64,000 nucleotides of DNA from NCBI RefSeq assembly GCF_009914755.1, contig NC_060947.1. The stretch is one strand, 5' to 3'. The position numbers and the translations under genes are program-made. Positions 1 to 12,519 of the stretch are shown here, in pieces. This stretch comes from the human T2T-CHM13v2.0 reference genome, Homo sapiens. Every line of letters starts with the position of its first letter. The stretch's first letter is position 1. The notes beneath the pieces are model-generated. The model saw nothing but the letters and a program-made list of their open reading frames with translations, had not been told where the DNA came from and did not search any database.

Positions 1-14
1 AACATTCACTGTAG

Positions 15-191
15 CCATTTATCCCGATGGAAGTGGCCAGGCCCTGTGGGGGACATTCAGCCTCCATCAGAAGTAATCCAGAACCAAGGAACCTGGTTAT
101 CTTTGGTCACTCATCAGAAGAATAATCATGCTCAGGGGCCACAAGTGTGTGAGGAAATGGCACCATGGATGGGTTGGTGGAGGGTACACGG
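15..191 (+). other. EOLA1: Putative non-coding 5' UTR exon of EOLA1
   Basis: Candidate acceptor tgtAG at 13-14 and a strong donor CGG|GTGAGT at 192, upstream of the EOLA1 coding exons. The 5' boundary is weakly supported. Confidence 0.45.
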
Positions 192-509
192 GTGAGTCTT
201 TGTGGAAAGTCATTTGCTGGCAGATATCAGCATCTTAGATGGGCGTGCCAGGCGGCCGAGGCATTTCCTTCAGCATGTCTTCACACAGCGAGTGTTAGAG
301 GTAATGTCATTTCTAGTGGCAAAAGTGGGAAGCAACTTGTAACTCTCCATCAGTGGAGGAATGGTCAGGCAAATTATGAGACGACCAACAATGGGATATC
401 ACCCAGGCAGTGAAAAACAAGGTAGATGAAGATTGTCAGGTGGAAAGAATGGGCTTGATGTGCTGTCAAATGGCAAACTCGTGCCCTAGCCTGTGCAGAT
501 GTGTTGGGA

Positions 510-970
510 ACAGCAGTTTGCCAAGATGGCTGAAACAAAGGACCATAAAAGGGCTGGCTTAAAGAACAGACAATCATTGTCTCGCAGTTCTGGAGGATGG
601 AAGTCTGAAATCAAAGTGGTGGCCAGGTTCGTTTGTTCTGTGGGCTGTGAAAGACAATCTGGTCTGTCCCTTTCTCTTAGCTGCAGGCGGCTGGCCGGCA
701 ATCTTTGGCACTCATTAGCTTGTAGAAGCATCTCCCTTATCTCTGCGTTTATCTTCTCATGGTGTTCTCCCTGTGTGCGTGACTGTCTCTCAAATCCCCC
801 TTTTCATAAGGACGCCAGCCACATTGGATGCGGGTCCGCCCTGATGGCTTCAGTCTCACTTGATTGCCTCTGTAATGACTCTGTTTTTATATATAAGGCC
901 ACATTTTGAGGTGCTGGGGTTTAGGACTTCAACATACGCATTTTAAGAGGACACAATGCAACCCATCACA
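510..970 (-). mobile_element. MLT1-type (ERVL-MaLR) LTR remnant
   Basis: Contains typical MLT1 segments 'cagttctggagg..aagtctgaaatcaa', 'atctctgcgtttatcttctcatgg' and 'aggacttcaacata', recognised from recall. Confidence 0.7.
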
Positions 971-974
971 ACTG

Positions 975-1250
975 ACAAAGGCTCTGAGGTAGAAACAAGC
1001 TTGGCATGTTCCCTCAGGGGATGGAAGGCCTGTGTGGCTTCAGGGTGGTGAATAAAGGGGAGAGGAGAGGACGTGGCTGGGGTGGGAAACCAGATCAGGA
1101 GGGACCTTGAGTGCCCTGAGAGGAAGTGTGGATTCTGTGCTAGTTGGGGCAGGGAGCCCTTGAAAAGTTTCAGTAGAGGAGTGACATAATCTCATTGTCC
1201 CTGTACCAAGATCATTCCGATGGCAGTGTGGTCACAAGAGTGCAGAGGAC
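975..1250. mobile_element. L2 LINE fragment
   Basis: Degenerate L2 3'-region wording: 'aaaggctctgaggt...gcttggcatgtt', 'ggagcccttgaaaagtttcag', 'aagatcattc'. Confidence 0.45.
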
Positions 1251-3010
1251 AAGTGCTGGGGGGGGGTGGGGGTGCTATCAGGAGACTTCTTTAGAAGGCA
1301 GGGGGTTTTAGGGGATTGGATTGGGATTGTGGCCATAGAGATTATGGAAAGGGATCAGATTCAGTGTCGGTTTTGGACACAGTGCCACGGGATGTGGGCC
1401 GCAGATGTGGGAAAGAAAGGCAGGGCAGAGAGCAGCTAGGTCTGGGGCAGGAACACTGTAGCTGGTGATGCCACTCACAGAGGTGGAAGGGAGGTGGACT
1501 TGGTGGTGATGGTTGGGGTCCTGAGTATGTATGGGCCTGTCCACCTAAGGCTGAGTCTGAAGGGGGGTGGCCTGCACCACGGGATTCAGAGCAGGACGGT
1601 GAGCAACATGGGGGTCCCAGAAGAAGGGAAGGAGTGTGCCCAGCCATGCTGGGGCTGCTGAGCATGGACTAAGATGAAGACAGGACTGGCATGAGGCCGG
1701 CCATGGGTGCTTGTGGGGATAGGTCAGTCAGTGGAGTGGGTGGTGGGGGGGGTGGGGAATAAAGGGAGAAAGGTGGGGGTGGGGGCAGAAGGTTCAGAGA
1801 GGAAGTAGAGACTGCGCATGTAGACAGCTCTTCTGAGGTCTCGGCTGTTCAGGGTTGTAGAGAAGGGAGGCAGAGTGGGAGGCGCGCGTGTGCTCAGAGT
1901 AGGGATGCTGAGCGAGCATAGATGGTGGCTGGTGGCACCCAGGGCCCGGAGTGAGCCAGAGGAGCAGGGTCCAGAGCACAGCAGGCAACCGGCTCAGCTG
2001 AGGCAGCTCACCCCAGAGGCGGGAGAAAAGCAGGAGATCTGGAGCTCAGAAGGCTGCAGTGCAGACTGGGAAAGGAGTGAATACCAGGCAGCTTTGGCCC
2101 TATCAGGGCTTTGTCTCATGAGGGTGGGTATATTTTCTTAAAATCATAGAGCGTACTAGAGGTTGCGTTTATGTGTTGAAAGGAAGGACAGAGAGAGGAG
2201 TAGGGGCAGCTCAAGGGTGGAGTTCAGGGCCGGGGGCGGGGCCACGGGCCTGAGGGGTGAGGGCAGCCACTATTTCTGACTGTTCTATTAGGTGCCACGT
2301 ACTGGGCTGGGTGCTCTTGGTGCCTTATCTCCCTTCCTCACAGCCATGTGGAAACTGAGGCATCTCAAGAGTCTATGACTGGGCTGAGGTTCTGGTTTCG
2401 AGCCCAGGGTTCCTTCCAAGGCACAGGGCCGTCCTCCATGCAAGAGGAGGGGACCCTCTCCCAAGCCAGACACGCAGGAGGCTGGGCAAGAGTTGTGGGA
2501 AGTCAGAGCCCGTGTGACTGTGGGCTGGTGCCTCATTCTCCTCAGCCATAGAGTGGGCCTCACAGTACCACTGACCCTGCTGGGTTACTTGAAGATTCAA
2601 TTTGATGATCCGAGGATCATGCCATCCCAGAGGCTGGCACGTGGAAGGCATGTGTGTGGGGTTGCTAGTTGTTCTGATTATCATTCTTCTTTTCTCAGCT
2701 CAGATTGGGACAGGGGCATCTGCTGACAGTGGAGAGCAGTGGTGGGGGAAGGGGCTTGAGGAAGGTGGCACCCAGAGGGGTGGAGAGGAGATGTCTGACT
2801 GAGGGCCATCTGAGGTCACGGTGCATCCTGAGGACAGAGCTGAGATTGGATATCAACGATGTGGGCTCAGCAGCCCTGGAGTAGGAGCTGGGAAGGTCAG
2901 TGCCTTGGTGGCGGCAGGGCCAGGGCACTGAGAGTATTGGCAGGGCACAGCAGGGGAAAGGGAAGAGAAGCAGAGGGTGGGACTCTCCCTCTGTGCTGGA
3001 AGAGGGCTAA

Positions 3011-3655
<645 letters not shown>

Positions 3656-4432
3656 TGACAATGTACCAAATGCGCAGACAACGCCTAGGGCTGCTGCCCA
3701 AGATCTTGCTTGGGAATTTGGGGGGTTCTCTTGTCATCTGAACTGATTGGCGTGTATAACACAGTTTCCTTTGGCAACACACCTTCAAAGGGGCGGCAAG
3801 GACCTTGGGCTGGGGGTTGGTATGGCTGGCTTCCACGAGTTCTGGTAAATCATTTCTCCACTCTGGGCCTCAGTTCCTGTTTCTGATCTCAGTGAGAAGC
3901 CTGGTCAGGGCCATGTGCACATGGTGTTTGTGGTGTTTGGCTGTGTGTATTTGCACATACATGTGTGAGTGCACATGTGTGGCAGAGACCATGAAAAGCA
4001 GCCCAGCCCGCCGAATGGGTCAGGTGGCCTCTAGAGTTGGGCTGCCCGCCTGGCTTCATGAACCTGCCCCAGCCCCACCACTCACAGCACCCTGGGAAAG
4101 TCCCCTAACCTCTAGGTGACTGAGGCCCGACATCAGCATCTGTCCCCTGGTGACCTGCTCAGGCATCACCTGTAGCTTCCCAGGCAGTGGCTGGTGCCCT
4201 TCCAATCTGCAACCGCTGCCCTCAGAAGTCTGGCTTGGACCTGCCTCTTACTTGTGTGGCTTCATGAGGACAAGGCCCTCTCCTCTGCCTTTCTGGAGCC
4301 CTCCCCCTGCCTCTCCCAGCGTTTCCTGAATCGGGTTTGGTTCGTTATCAAAGCTACGGAAGAAGGACTTGACTCCCTTCTTGTCATTTTGCTGATGCTG
4401 TCTTACTCTCTATTGATTGTGACTTTGAGTAA

Positions 4433-4729
<297 letters not shown>

Positions 4730-5056
4730 CAAGTGTGGGCTCCTGAAAGGAATGTTCCAGAGAAACCAGCTAAATCATGACACCTTCAATTTGCCATCAT
4801 GACGCAGACCTGTATACATTAGGTTAAATCTGAATTTCCACTGCTTTGGAGAGTCCCACCCACTAAGCACTGTGCATGTAAACAGGTTCCTTTGCTCAGA
4901 TGAAGGAAGTAGGGGGTGGGGCTTTCCTTGTGTGATGCCTCCTTAGGCACACAGGCAATGTCTCAAGTACTTTGACCTTAGGGTAGAAGGCAAAGCTGCC
5001 AGTAAATGTCTCAGCATTGCTGCTAATTTTGGTCCTGCTAGTTTCTGGATTGTACA

Positions 5057-5062
5057 AATAAA
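5057..5062 (+). terminator. EOLA1 polyadenylation signal AATAAA
   Basis: AATAAA ~330 nt after the stop codon, followed by GT-rich sequence. Confidence 0.7.
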
Positions 5063-5990
5063 TGTGTTGTAGATGACTGGTTAGTGTTTGAGGCTTTGTT
5101 CTATGTTTTCCCCTGATTTGTTCTGGTCAAAACTCATCAAATGTGTAACTAGCATCCAGGCGACAATACAGAAAGTCTGGGACCTGGCACTGAATGTTTG
5201 CCTGGTAGTGACTAGCCGTTAATCAACCGACTCATCCAGGATGAAGAGGACGTCAGACTTAGAGCAGCTGTCTGTCCTTTCAGGTTACTCTCACTCTTCT
5301 GAAAGTGTCTGTCAGTTTCTGAAGCATGTGTGTTACCTGCATCACACAGCTACTTCCTATCCTAGCAATACATCCAAAATACAGCTCTAGTAGAGTGAGG
5401 TTAACTTGGAAATGTGATCAGTAGTGTTGTTTTATTTTGTAGTAATTTTTTTTTTTTTTGGTGATTTAGCAAAGTTTCTAGTTGTTATCCATGAGGATGA
5501 TGGGCATTTCCCCCCAGGTATTGACTGCAGTGGCCCTTCTCTTCTGAGCCAGGATGTTATGGTGGTTGTACATCCCATGGCAGATGGGGTGGCCTGACTT
5601 TCAAGTGGGCCTCTTTGGAGGCCCCTGGATGCTAGGCTAGGGATGCTGAGCTGCTGACCAGACACTTCCTGGCAACATTGGGAGGGACCCATGAGGAAAC
5701 AATCTCCTGTTTGAAGATACAGGAAGATATTGCCGGAATCAGGCGTCTATTCTTTCTCCTGACCAGCAGGCCAATCTCAGGGGACCAGGTCTTCCTGGGC
5801 TTGGCCTCGACACTTCCTAGCAACATCCTTTGCTGAGTGTGTGAAAATGCTGCTTCTCCAAATAAACAAGGACAATGGGGACCAAAGCCTGTCTTGGACA
5901 GGATTTCCAGCCTCCCCTGGTTTCTGCCAATGAGATGTATATAATATACAAGGTTAAAAAAAACACAGACAACAGTTCTCATTTAAATTG

Positions 5991-5996
5991 TTTATT
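5991..5996 (-). terminator. HSFX3 polyadenylation signal (second candidate at 6024-6029)
   Basis: TTTATT on the + strand, 130-170 nt downstream of the HSFX3 stop. Confidence 0.6.
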
Positions 5997-6157
5997 ATTT
6001 ATTTCCATGGAATTTTGTTTTTCTTTATTAAGACCAAAAATGTGTTTCTCATTAAAAAATGGCAACTTTTATGGGCCATTAGTGGCCTGTGACTTCACGA
6101 ATTTGCAGTGTTTCTGAACTGTTCACAGAGTCTACACTTGTAATCTGAGGAGCCTTC

Positions 6158-6676
6158 CTACTCCTCCTCATCGTCAGAGGGCTCATTTGGAGACATGACT
6201 GAGAGGGAGGCCAACAGAGCATAGTAACAGATATTGTACAAAGACATTACACTACCATTATCTGAGTAAACCAGACTACTAAGAATCCCTGTGCCTTCCA
6301 TCCAGGTAGTAGCCGAAGATGTAAATGTGACATTCCCAGAGGTGCCCTCCCAACTTGGGCCATTTGGTTCCTGAGGGGGCCCATTTCCCAGGGGATGCCT
6401 AGTGGCACTCTTCTTGGACCACATGCCAGAGCGCCTGAAGGACTGGGTGCCACTGGGCCCCTGAACACTGGGGGCTCCCTGCTGACACATTTTGATTGCT
6501 TCTTTCCTGGCATTGATGTGATAGATACGTAGGGAGCGTCTTGTAGCTACCAGATTCTTTCTCTTTGGAGTTGGGACACGGGTCGCTTGCTGAGCGGTGT
6601 TTCTGAGGGCATCCTTTCTCTGGATATTCTCCAGGAGCCTGGGCTTGTCTCTCTGAAAATTGGAGTTGCAGTAGAT
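6158..6676 (-). CDS. HSFX3: HSFX3 coding exon 2
   Basis: Acceptor ttgtttcAG at 6678-6677. Encodes IYCNSNFQRDKPRLLENIQRK, the C-terminal part of the HSF DNA-binding domain, through ...EPSDDEEE*. Confidence 0.9.
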   Translation of the reverse strand: MYCNSNFQRDKPRLLENIQRKDALRNTAQQATRVPTPKRKNLVATRRSLRIYHINARKEAIKMCQQGAPSVQGPSGTQSFRRSGMWSKKSATRHPLGNGPPQEPNGPSWEGTSGNVTFTSSATTWMEGTGILSSLVYSDNGSVMSLYNICYYALLASLSVMSPNEPSDDEEE

Positions 6677-7135
6677 CTGAAACAAAATGAAACATGTTAG
6701 TTGTTCTGGGATAAATTATTCCTTTCCCACCTCTCAAAATTATGATTTTGTTTTGCAATGGAGAAAAGAATGCTTTAAGTGGCAGCAAGTGTGGTTATGC
6801 TCTACAGCATGACCTGACTAAAGATAAACAATTCATAGATCAAGGCAGTAATATATAAACAGCATGGATTTTGATATTAAACTGCAACCCCGTAGAGGTA
6901 ATATGCAGGTCTGCAAAATATGATGCTTACATTATCTCTAAGGGGGTTGTAGTTTAATATCAAAATCCATACTTTTTAAGTTCTATACTTTTCATCTTTC
7001 AATAAACAATATTTCACATTTTCAAATGCTATCCTTGACACTTAAGCTCTTACAGTATATTATTCAAATTGGTGTCCTATGAAGATATGTTTGAGAAAGA
7101 GAGAAAAGGGATTACAGAAATGCTTTCTACTTTAC

Positions 7136-7618
7136 CATCATTTTCTTGTTTCCTGGAGAGTTGCTTGGGCGTGTTTTGCAGAATCCATAGAGGTTCAGCT
7201 GGCGAATGAAACTCGTCAAGCTGTCTGTTTTGAAGATCCTCTCTGCACCTTTCCGTTGAAGAACCTCCCTCTGGAAGAGATCCTTGTCGATGATCACGGC
7301 GTCTCCATCATCGTTCCAGCTCACAGACTTGAATGTGTCTTCCTCCACAATCGTCCAAAGCTTTCTTGGGAAGGAGAGCCTAAAAAGGTTGTGGTTGTCT
7401 TCCACGTTGACCACGCGTTGGTTTCGGTCTTCTGGTGGTGAGTTATCTTGGGAGCCTGGATCTTGGCTCATGGCTTGGTCCTCGTGCCTGTCCAAAACCT
7501 CGCTGGAATCTGGATTTGGATCAGGTGAAGAACCAGATGGGCCCCCGCTTGTTGGCTCTCCACCAACAGATGGGGCCAGCTTGGCTTCATATTCCTGTTC
7601 AGTGTTCTGACTCGCCAT
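7136..7618 (-). CDS. HSFX3: HSFX3 coding exon 1 (heat shock transcription factor, X-linked; 333 aa total)
   Basis: HSF DNA-binding domain motifs SFPRKLW, VSWNDDGD and SFIRQLNLYGFCK. Donor ATG|GTAAAG at 7135. 161+172 codons = 333 aa. HSFX3 rather than HSFX4 is assigned from context. Confidence 0.9.
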
Positions 7619-7744
7619 GGAGCTACACCAGAATCAGGAGCATTTTGTACCCAAGGCCCTTATCACTGTCCTAGCAAGTCCAAAATGCCTTCAGTCAGAG
7701 TAGGCGTGCCCAATAAATACTGTCCACAAAATTCTAGAGTCTCG

Positions 7745-7823
7745 GTATCAGGGCAACCAGTGGCTTAACTCATCATCTGCTGTATTTGTCACATGATGTC
7801 ACAAAGGTGGCTCTCAGCCAATC
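7745..7823 (-). promoter_or_regulatory. Putative HSFX3 proximal promoter (X-box-like, CRE-like, CCAAT)
   Basis: GTATCAGGGCAAC (RFX-like), TGATGTCA at 7794-7801 and CCAAT at 7818-7822, lying 130-200 nt upstream of the ATG. Confidence 0.4.
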
Positions 7824-10268
7824 TGGAGAGGGGGCCCTGGCCAGGTGTTGGGGGAGTAGACAGGTGGCATGGCCTTCAGCTTCTCCCTCTTCTAAAAGTA
7901 TAAACAGGCATGGTTCAAGTTCCCAGAAAAGTCTCCCATCTTCTGACAGTCACATTGTGTCAAAGGGCCAGGCCCCAGATGAGCTGAGAAACCATGGCTC
8001 TATGGCCACTCCCAACCCTGAAGACAGGGGAGGCCATTTGCTGGCCTCTAATTTGCTCAAGAGCCAGCCCCTAGTTATCCCTAGCTTGGGTTTCACCAAG
8101 ACTGCCTGACTCAGATGGACCCCTCATGGGTGACTGCCTTCTAGGAGATGGTGGTCCCTACCAGGCTGTTTGGCCTGATCTGTGTGGTAGCACCCCTCTT
8201 TTCCAATCCCCCCATCTCCTTTCTGCTTTGGTCTCTTCCAGGTACTCCTAATGATTGGTTGCATGTGCTCCAGTGGGCCCAGATAAAGTGTTTCTTATTC
8301 CCCTTGGTCAAGTTGTCCCCAGAGTGGTGCTGTGCCTGAGCATGGTGGGAGCACTCCCCTCACTCGTCTACCACTGTGTTACCCAGAGCACCATTTGTGG
8401 TTGGATGGCCACATCCTCAGCTGTGCTTTGGAGTCTCCTGTGGAGCTCTGCTTGCCCTTGCATCTCACCCTCTTGCAGATCACAACAGGAGATTACCTTT
8501 AGTTTCATTTTTGCCCATAAATACTGTTTTCATTGCCCAAGACATGTTCATTTCTGAGGCCTGCTTTACACAGACTAGCCTAAGAAAAGTTTCTGCTTGT
8601 CTAGTTAGACCTGACTAAAGTAATCCAGCACAAAAGTTCCATCATTATGTATTTGAAAACAGATGAGCGTATGAGTGTGTGTTGCGGTGGGCAGGAGGAG
8701 GGAGAAAACCCAAATGAAAGCCATGTTCAACCCCAGATGAGAGGATACAACAGTCTTTCTGGTGATACATTTTCTCTAGCCATTAAAGACAACTTTGTTC
8801 TTAATATTCACTCTGTATAGGGAGACAGAGTGATACAGTGGAAAGGCACCAGACTGAAAGGACCCTGGGTCCTTGTCCCACTGAGTAGCACCCTTTGCCC
8901 ACTCAGGGTCGGCCCTGAGTGCGAAGAGGGTTGGAAGAGGCTCTTCCAAGGTGCTTTTCAATCTCAGGGCTCTCTAATCCTTCATGGTGCCCCCAATGCC
9001 TGGATGCAGGCTTGGTTCATGGTCACCAAGCTTTTTAAACAGGTTTACAAAGGTTTTGTTCAAGGACTCAGTGTAACCTGTAGACACACACACTCTGAGG
9101 CTAAATATTAAAATAGAGGCCATTGGTGAGATCTCTAAATGAGGATCCTTGAGTATTCAGTTAGACAGCTGGTATCTTTCACTTACATACCAAAGTGCTT
9201 TTTCATAGGGGAATTCTTAAGACTGAGAATGACATTTTGTTGTGGCTTTTGCGAACTTATAAACTCTGCTGATTACTTATATAAAGGCTTTTGGCCATTG
9301 GGTGGGAGGGGAATTATCATGAAGAAAATTACTAGGGAAACTACACGGTGGCATTCAGCCAAGAGCTGGTATTGATTTGATTTAGTCACACTATGTCATG
9401 TGGCTTCTATAGGACCATTAGCGACCATTGTCCTTTGTTTTAAGTCACAGAATGTACACTGGGATTTCGAGTCTAAGACATCAAGCTCCTCTTGTCCCCT
9501 GGAGGGAATATTCAGGGCACTGACTTAAGTCTAGTCAAGAAGAGTCATGGTGGGAAATCCAGCCTCCTCTGGCTAAGCCTGCTCAGTCCCCAAAGATGAG
9601 CTCTGCAACTTTCAGCAACCATTCAGACATTCTTTATGAGTCACCTGCCACCTGCAAGCCACTTTGAGGAAAATGGTTGGTCTTCTCTTCCATGCTCCAA
9701 AAGCCCCTGAGATGGCCCCTCTGCGTTGCTGCATTATGAATAAAATCATCATGGTCAGGCGACCCAAGCAGAGCACAGCTGACTATGGTATGAGGACCAG
9801 TGGCCCTGTGGAAAGCGGTCTCAGTGCTGACTCGCTGCAGCTTCTTTGTAGCTATGCAGCAATCAAGAATAGTGCTGAGCTCTTGATGGTGGGGCCCCAA
9901 GGTATGAGGCCAGCCACAGGCCAAGACTTGCTGTGTAGGCCTTGCCTGTCACATGATCCGCCAGGCCCTCTTCATCCTCCCCGTGGCCTCTCAGGATCTT
10001 CTTCCCTGCTGATCTCTCCCAGGCTCCAGGATGTGTCCCTGCAGTTGGTTCATCCCACCCCAGAGGAGTCTTTCTAAACTGTGGCTCGGAACTTGTCAGT
10101 TGCTTAGGCACCACCTCCTCACACTTCCAAGGCCTTCCTTTCCCAGCCTCGTTAGCCACTGGGCTGCTCTTTCTCACACACTCAGGTATCCGCCATGCCA
10201 CCTGCCCTTAACCCTCCTTCACTCAGCATTTGCTTGATGCTGGGTCCTGGGTAAGACAACTCTCAACC

Positions 10269-11144
10269 TATTGCGGGATCTGGCCAGCAGTCTGCAATGC
10301 AACGGTGCTCTCTCTTTGTTCCCAGGCAGATCGGCAGGTCGAGAAATAATAGACACACGCAAGATAGCAAAATCTGGGTCCAGGGGGGTCACCGCCTTCT
10401 GCTCCCACGGTGCCAACAACGCACTGGATATACCGGCATTTATTATTAAGTTTGGTGAGAGGGCAGGGGAAGGTTAGTGAGGGATTTAGGGTCATTTGAT
10501 TATGAGGTGAGATGGTCACATGGGGATGAAGTAATTCTTTAACATAACATCTGTATGCAGAAGTACAGTATACAGGGATAAGAATTTATGATATAGTGTG
10601 TGCATCAGTAGTTTCTAACAGAGCCTTAAAACAGAAACACAGTCTTTCCATGACCTATGATTAGCAAGATATTAATCAGCAGTAACAGTTGCAGCAAAAG
10701 CTGGTTACAAACAATCCATAGAAACAGGATGTGAAGCTAGACAACCGGTTAGACCAGAAATTCTCAGAAGGGAGTATGCCTTAACCCTAAAGAGGCCTAG
10801 AAGAGCCGTGGCAAGATGAGGGCGTTTATAGCCCTATCTTATCCATATGGACAGGTGCTCCTCATGCATCCGTTTATAGGCTCTCCACAAGGGTCACATT
10901 CCATTCCCAGAGCTATGAACATCTGCTTTTCTAGGATAGGAATCTTGGTGATGTGAAACCTCCCTGACTGCACGTCCATTCATAGGCTCTCTGCAGGGGA
11001 AAGCACATCACGTGCTGTTGGCTCATTCTGGCAGTCCAACCTGGCATTGTCTTTACACAATCCTGCATGCAATTATGTATTTACAATAATCAGGAGCATT
11101 TCATCTTTTATTCCATAGCAATAGTTTCAGGGGGTCTCCCTACA
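10269..11144 (-). mobile_element. Solo ERVK-class LTR (LTR13/LTR13A-like)
   Basis: Minus strand starts TGTAGGGAGACCCCCTGAAACTATTGC. 6-bp TSD TCAACC at 10263-10268 and 11145-11150. Confidence 0.85.
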
Positions 11145-11571
11145 TCAACCTCTGGTTCCCTCTGGTGCTGTTTTCTGAGCACACTGTGAACTTCCTTGCT
11201 GGTAAGGGTGCTTGTGCTGCCTCCCCTATGGGAATGCCCTTTTCAACCCAGAAGTCACTCAGCTTGTCAGGGTCCAGGTCACTCCATGAGGTCAGCTGGC
11301 AAGGCTTATTCCCAGGGGCTGGCCCAGCACAGCTCTCCACCATTGGTTGGGTGGATCCTGAACTCCTATGAGGTTGGGCATGTTGATGAGCCATCTCCCC
11401 TCTGGACTAAGAGGCCCATGAGGATGGCGGAGACCACAGTGCAAATGTGGCCCTCAATACATGTTGGATGAGGAAAGTTCTATGTCACCAGGAGCTCAGT
11501 GGGGTTTAGCATCCTTGGACATGGCTCCACATTAGAACAGTGATAACAGAACAATTATTGTGAGCTCCTAT

Positions 11572-12213
11572 TGAGACAGGAAAATAGGGTCTAGAAACAG
11601 GGAACTTAAGGCCACTCTGTGCTAACTTCCTAAAAGAGAAAACACCAGGGTCTGGAGGCAGGAAATCTAAGGCCAATTCACTCTGACTTCCCAAAGCTGG
11701 ATCAAAAGGAAAATACCGGGGTCTGGGGGCAGGAAACCTAAGGCTGATTAACACAAACTTCCTAAAGCTAAACCAAAAGACAAAAACCCCATCTCTCCAT
11801 GCTGAGTAACAAAGGATCAGAGGCTACTCTCCCTACAACCATCCCTCTTCCACCACATCTCAGATGGAAAGGGAGGGGAGGGTGCCTTGTTGACCATGGG
11901 CCAAGCAGGGACCATCCCTTCATCTGCATAGGGTGCCAGTTCACCTCAGCCTTTAATTAGCCACAGACCAAATCCTTCATCCAGATAAGGGGTAGTCATT
12001 AAGAACCTCAAATAGGGTACTTAAAGCCCAGAAAACTTTGTAACTGGGCCCTTGAGCCACTTGCTCAGACCCACTCTCACCTTGCAGAGGGCTTTCTCAC
12101 TTTAATAAATTCCTGCTTTCACTGCTTTGTTCCTGCATTTCATTCCTCTGCTACTTTATGCATTTTGTTCAATTCTTTGTTCAAAACGCCAAAGACCTGG
12201 ACAACTCATAGTC
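11572..12213 (+). mobile_element. ERV1 LTR (MER51-like) with three internal ~65-70 bp repeats
   Basis: Starts TGAGACAGGAAAATAGGGTCT, has repeated 'gggtctggaggcaggaaatctaaggcc' units, AATAAA, and a 'ttctttgttcaaaacgccaa' end region. Confidence 0.75.
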
Positions 12214-12519
12214 AATCTGCTGTGCTAAGTGCTCTGCTAGTCTGTGTCATTTACTGTGCACACCCATCTCTTGGGTGGATATTAGGAATGAGCCCATTTC
12301 TCCAATGAGCCAAGCTAGGCCATGGGGGGGTTGAGCCATGGTGCAGTTTCCGCAGTGAAGAAGCAACAGGGCCAGAATAGGCCCACATGGTCAGACTCTC
12401 AGACTTACAACCTTACTCAAGTACAATGAGTGTTCCAATGATCTGAGCAGAAGAAGTTGTCTTTGTAAGCAGAAAATGGCTGAAGAAAGCAAAAACAGAA
12501 AACAGAGCAGATTAGTCAT

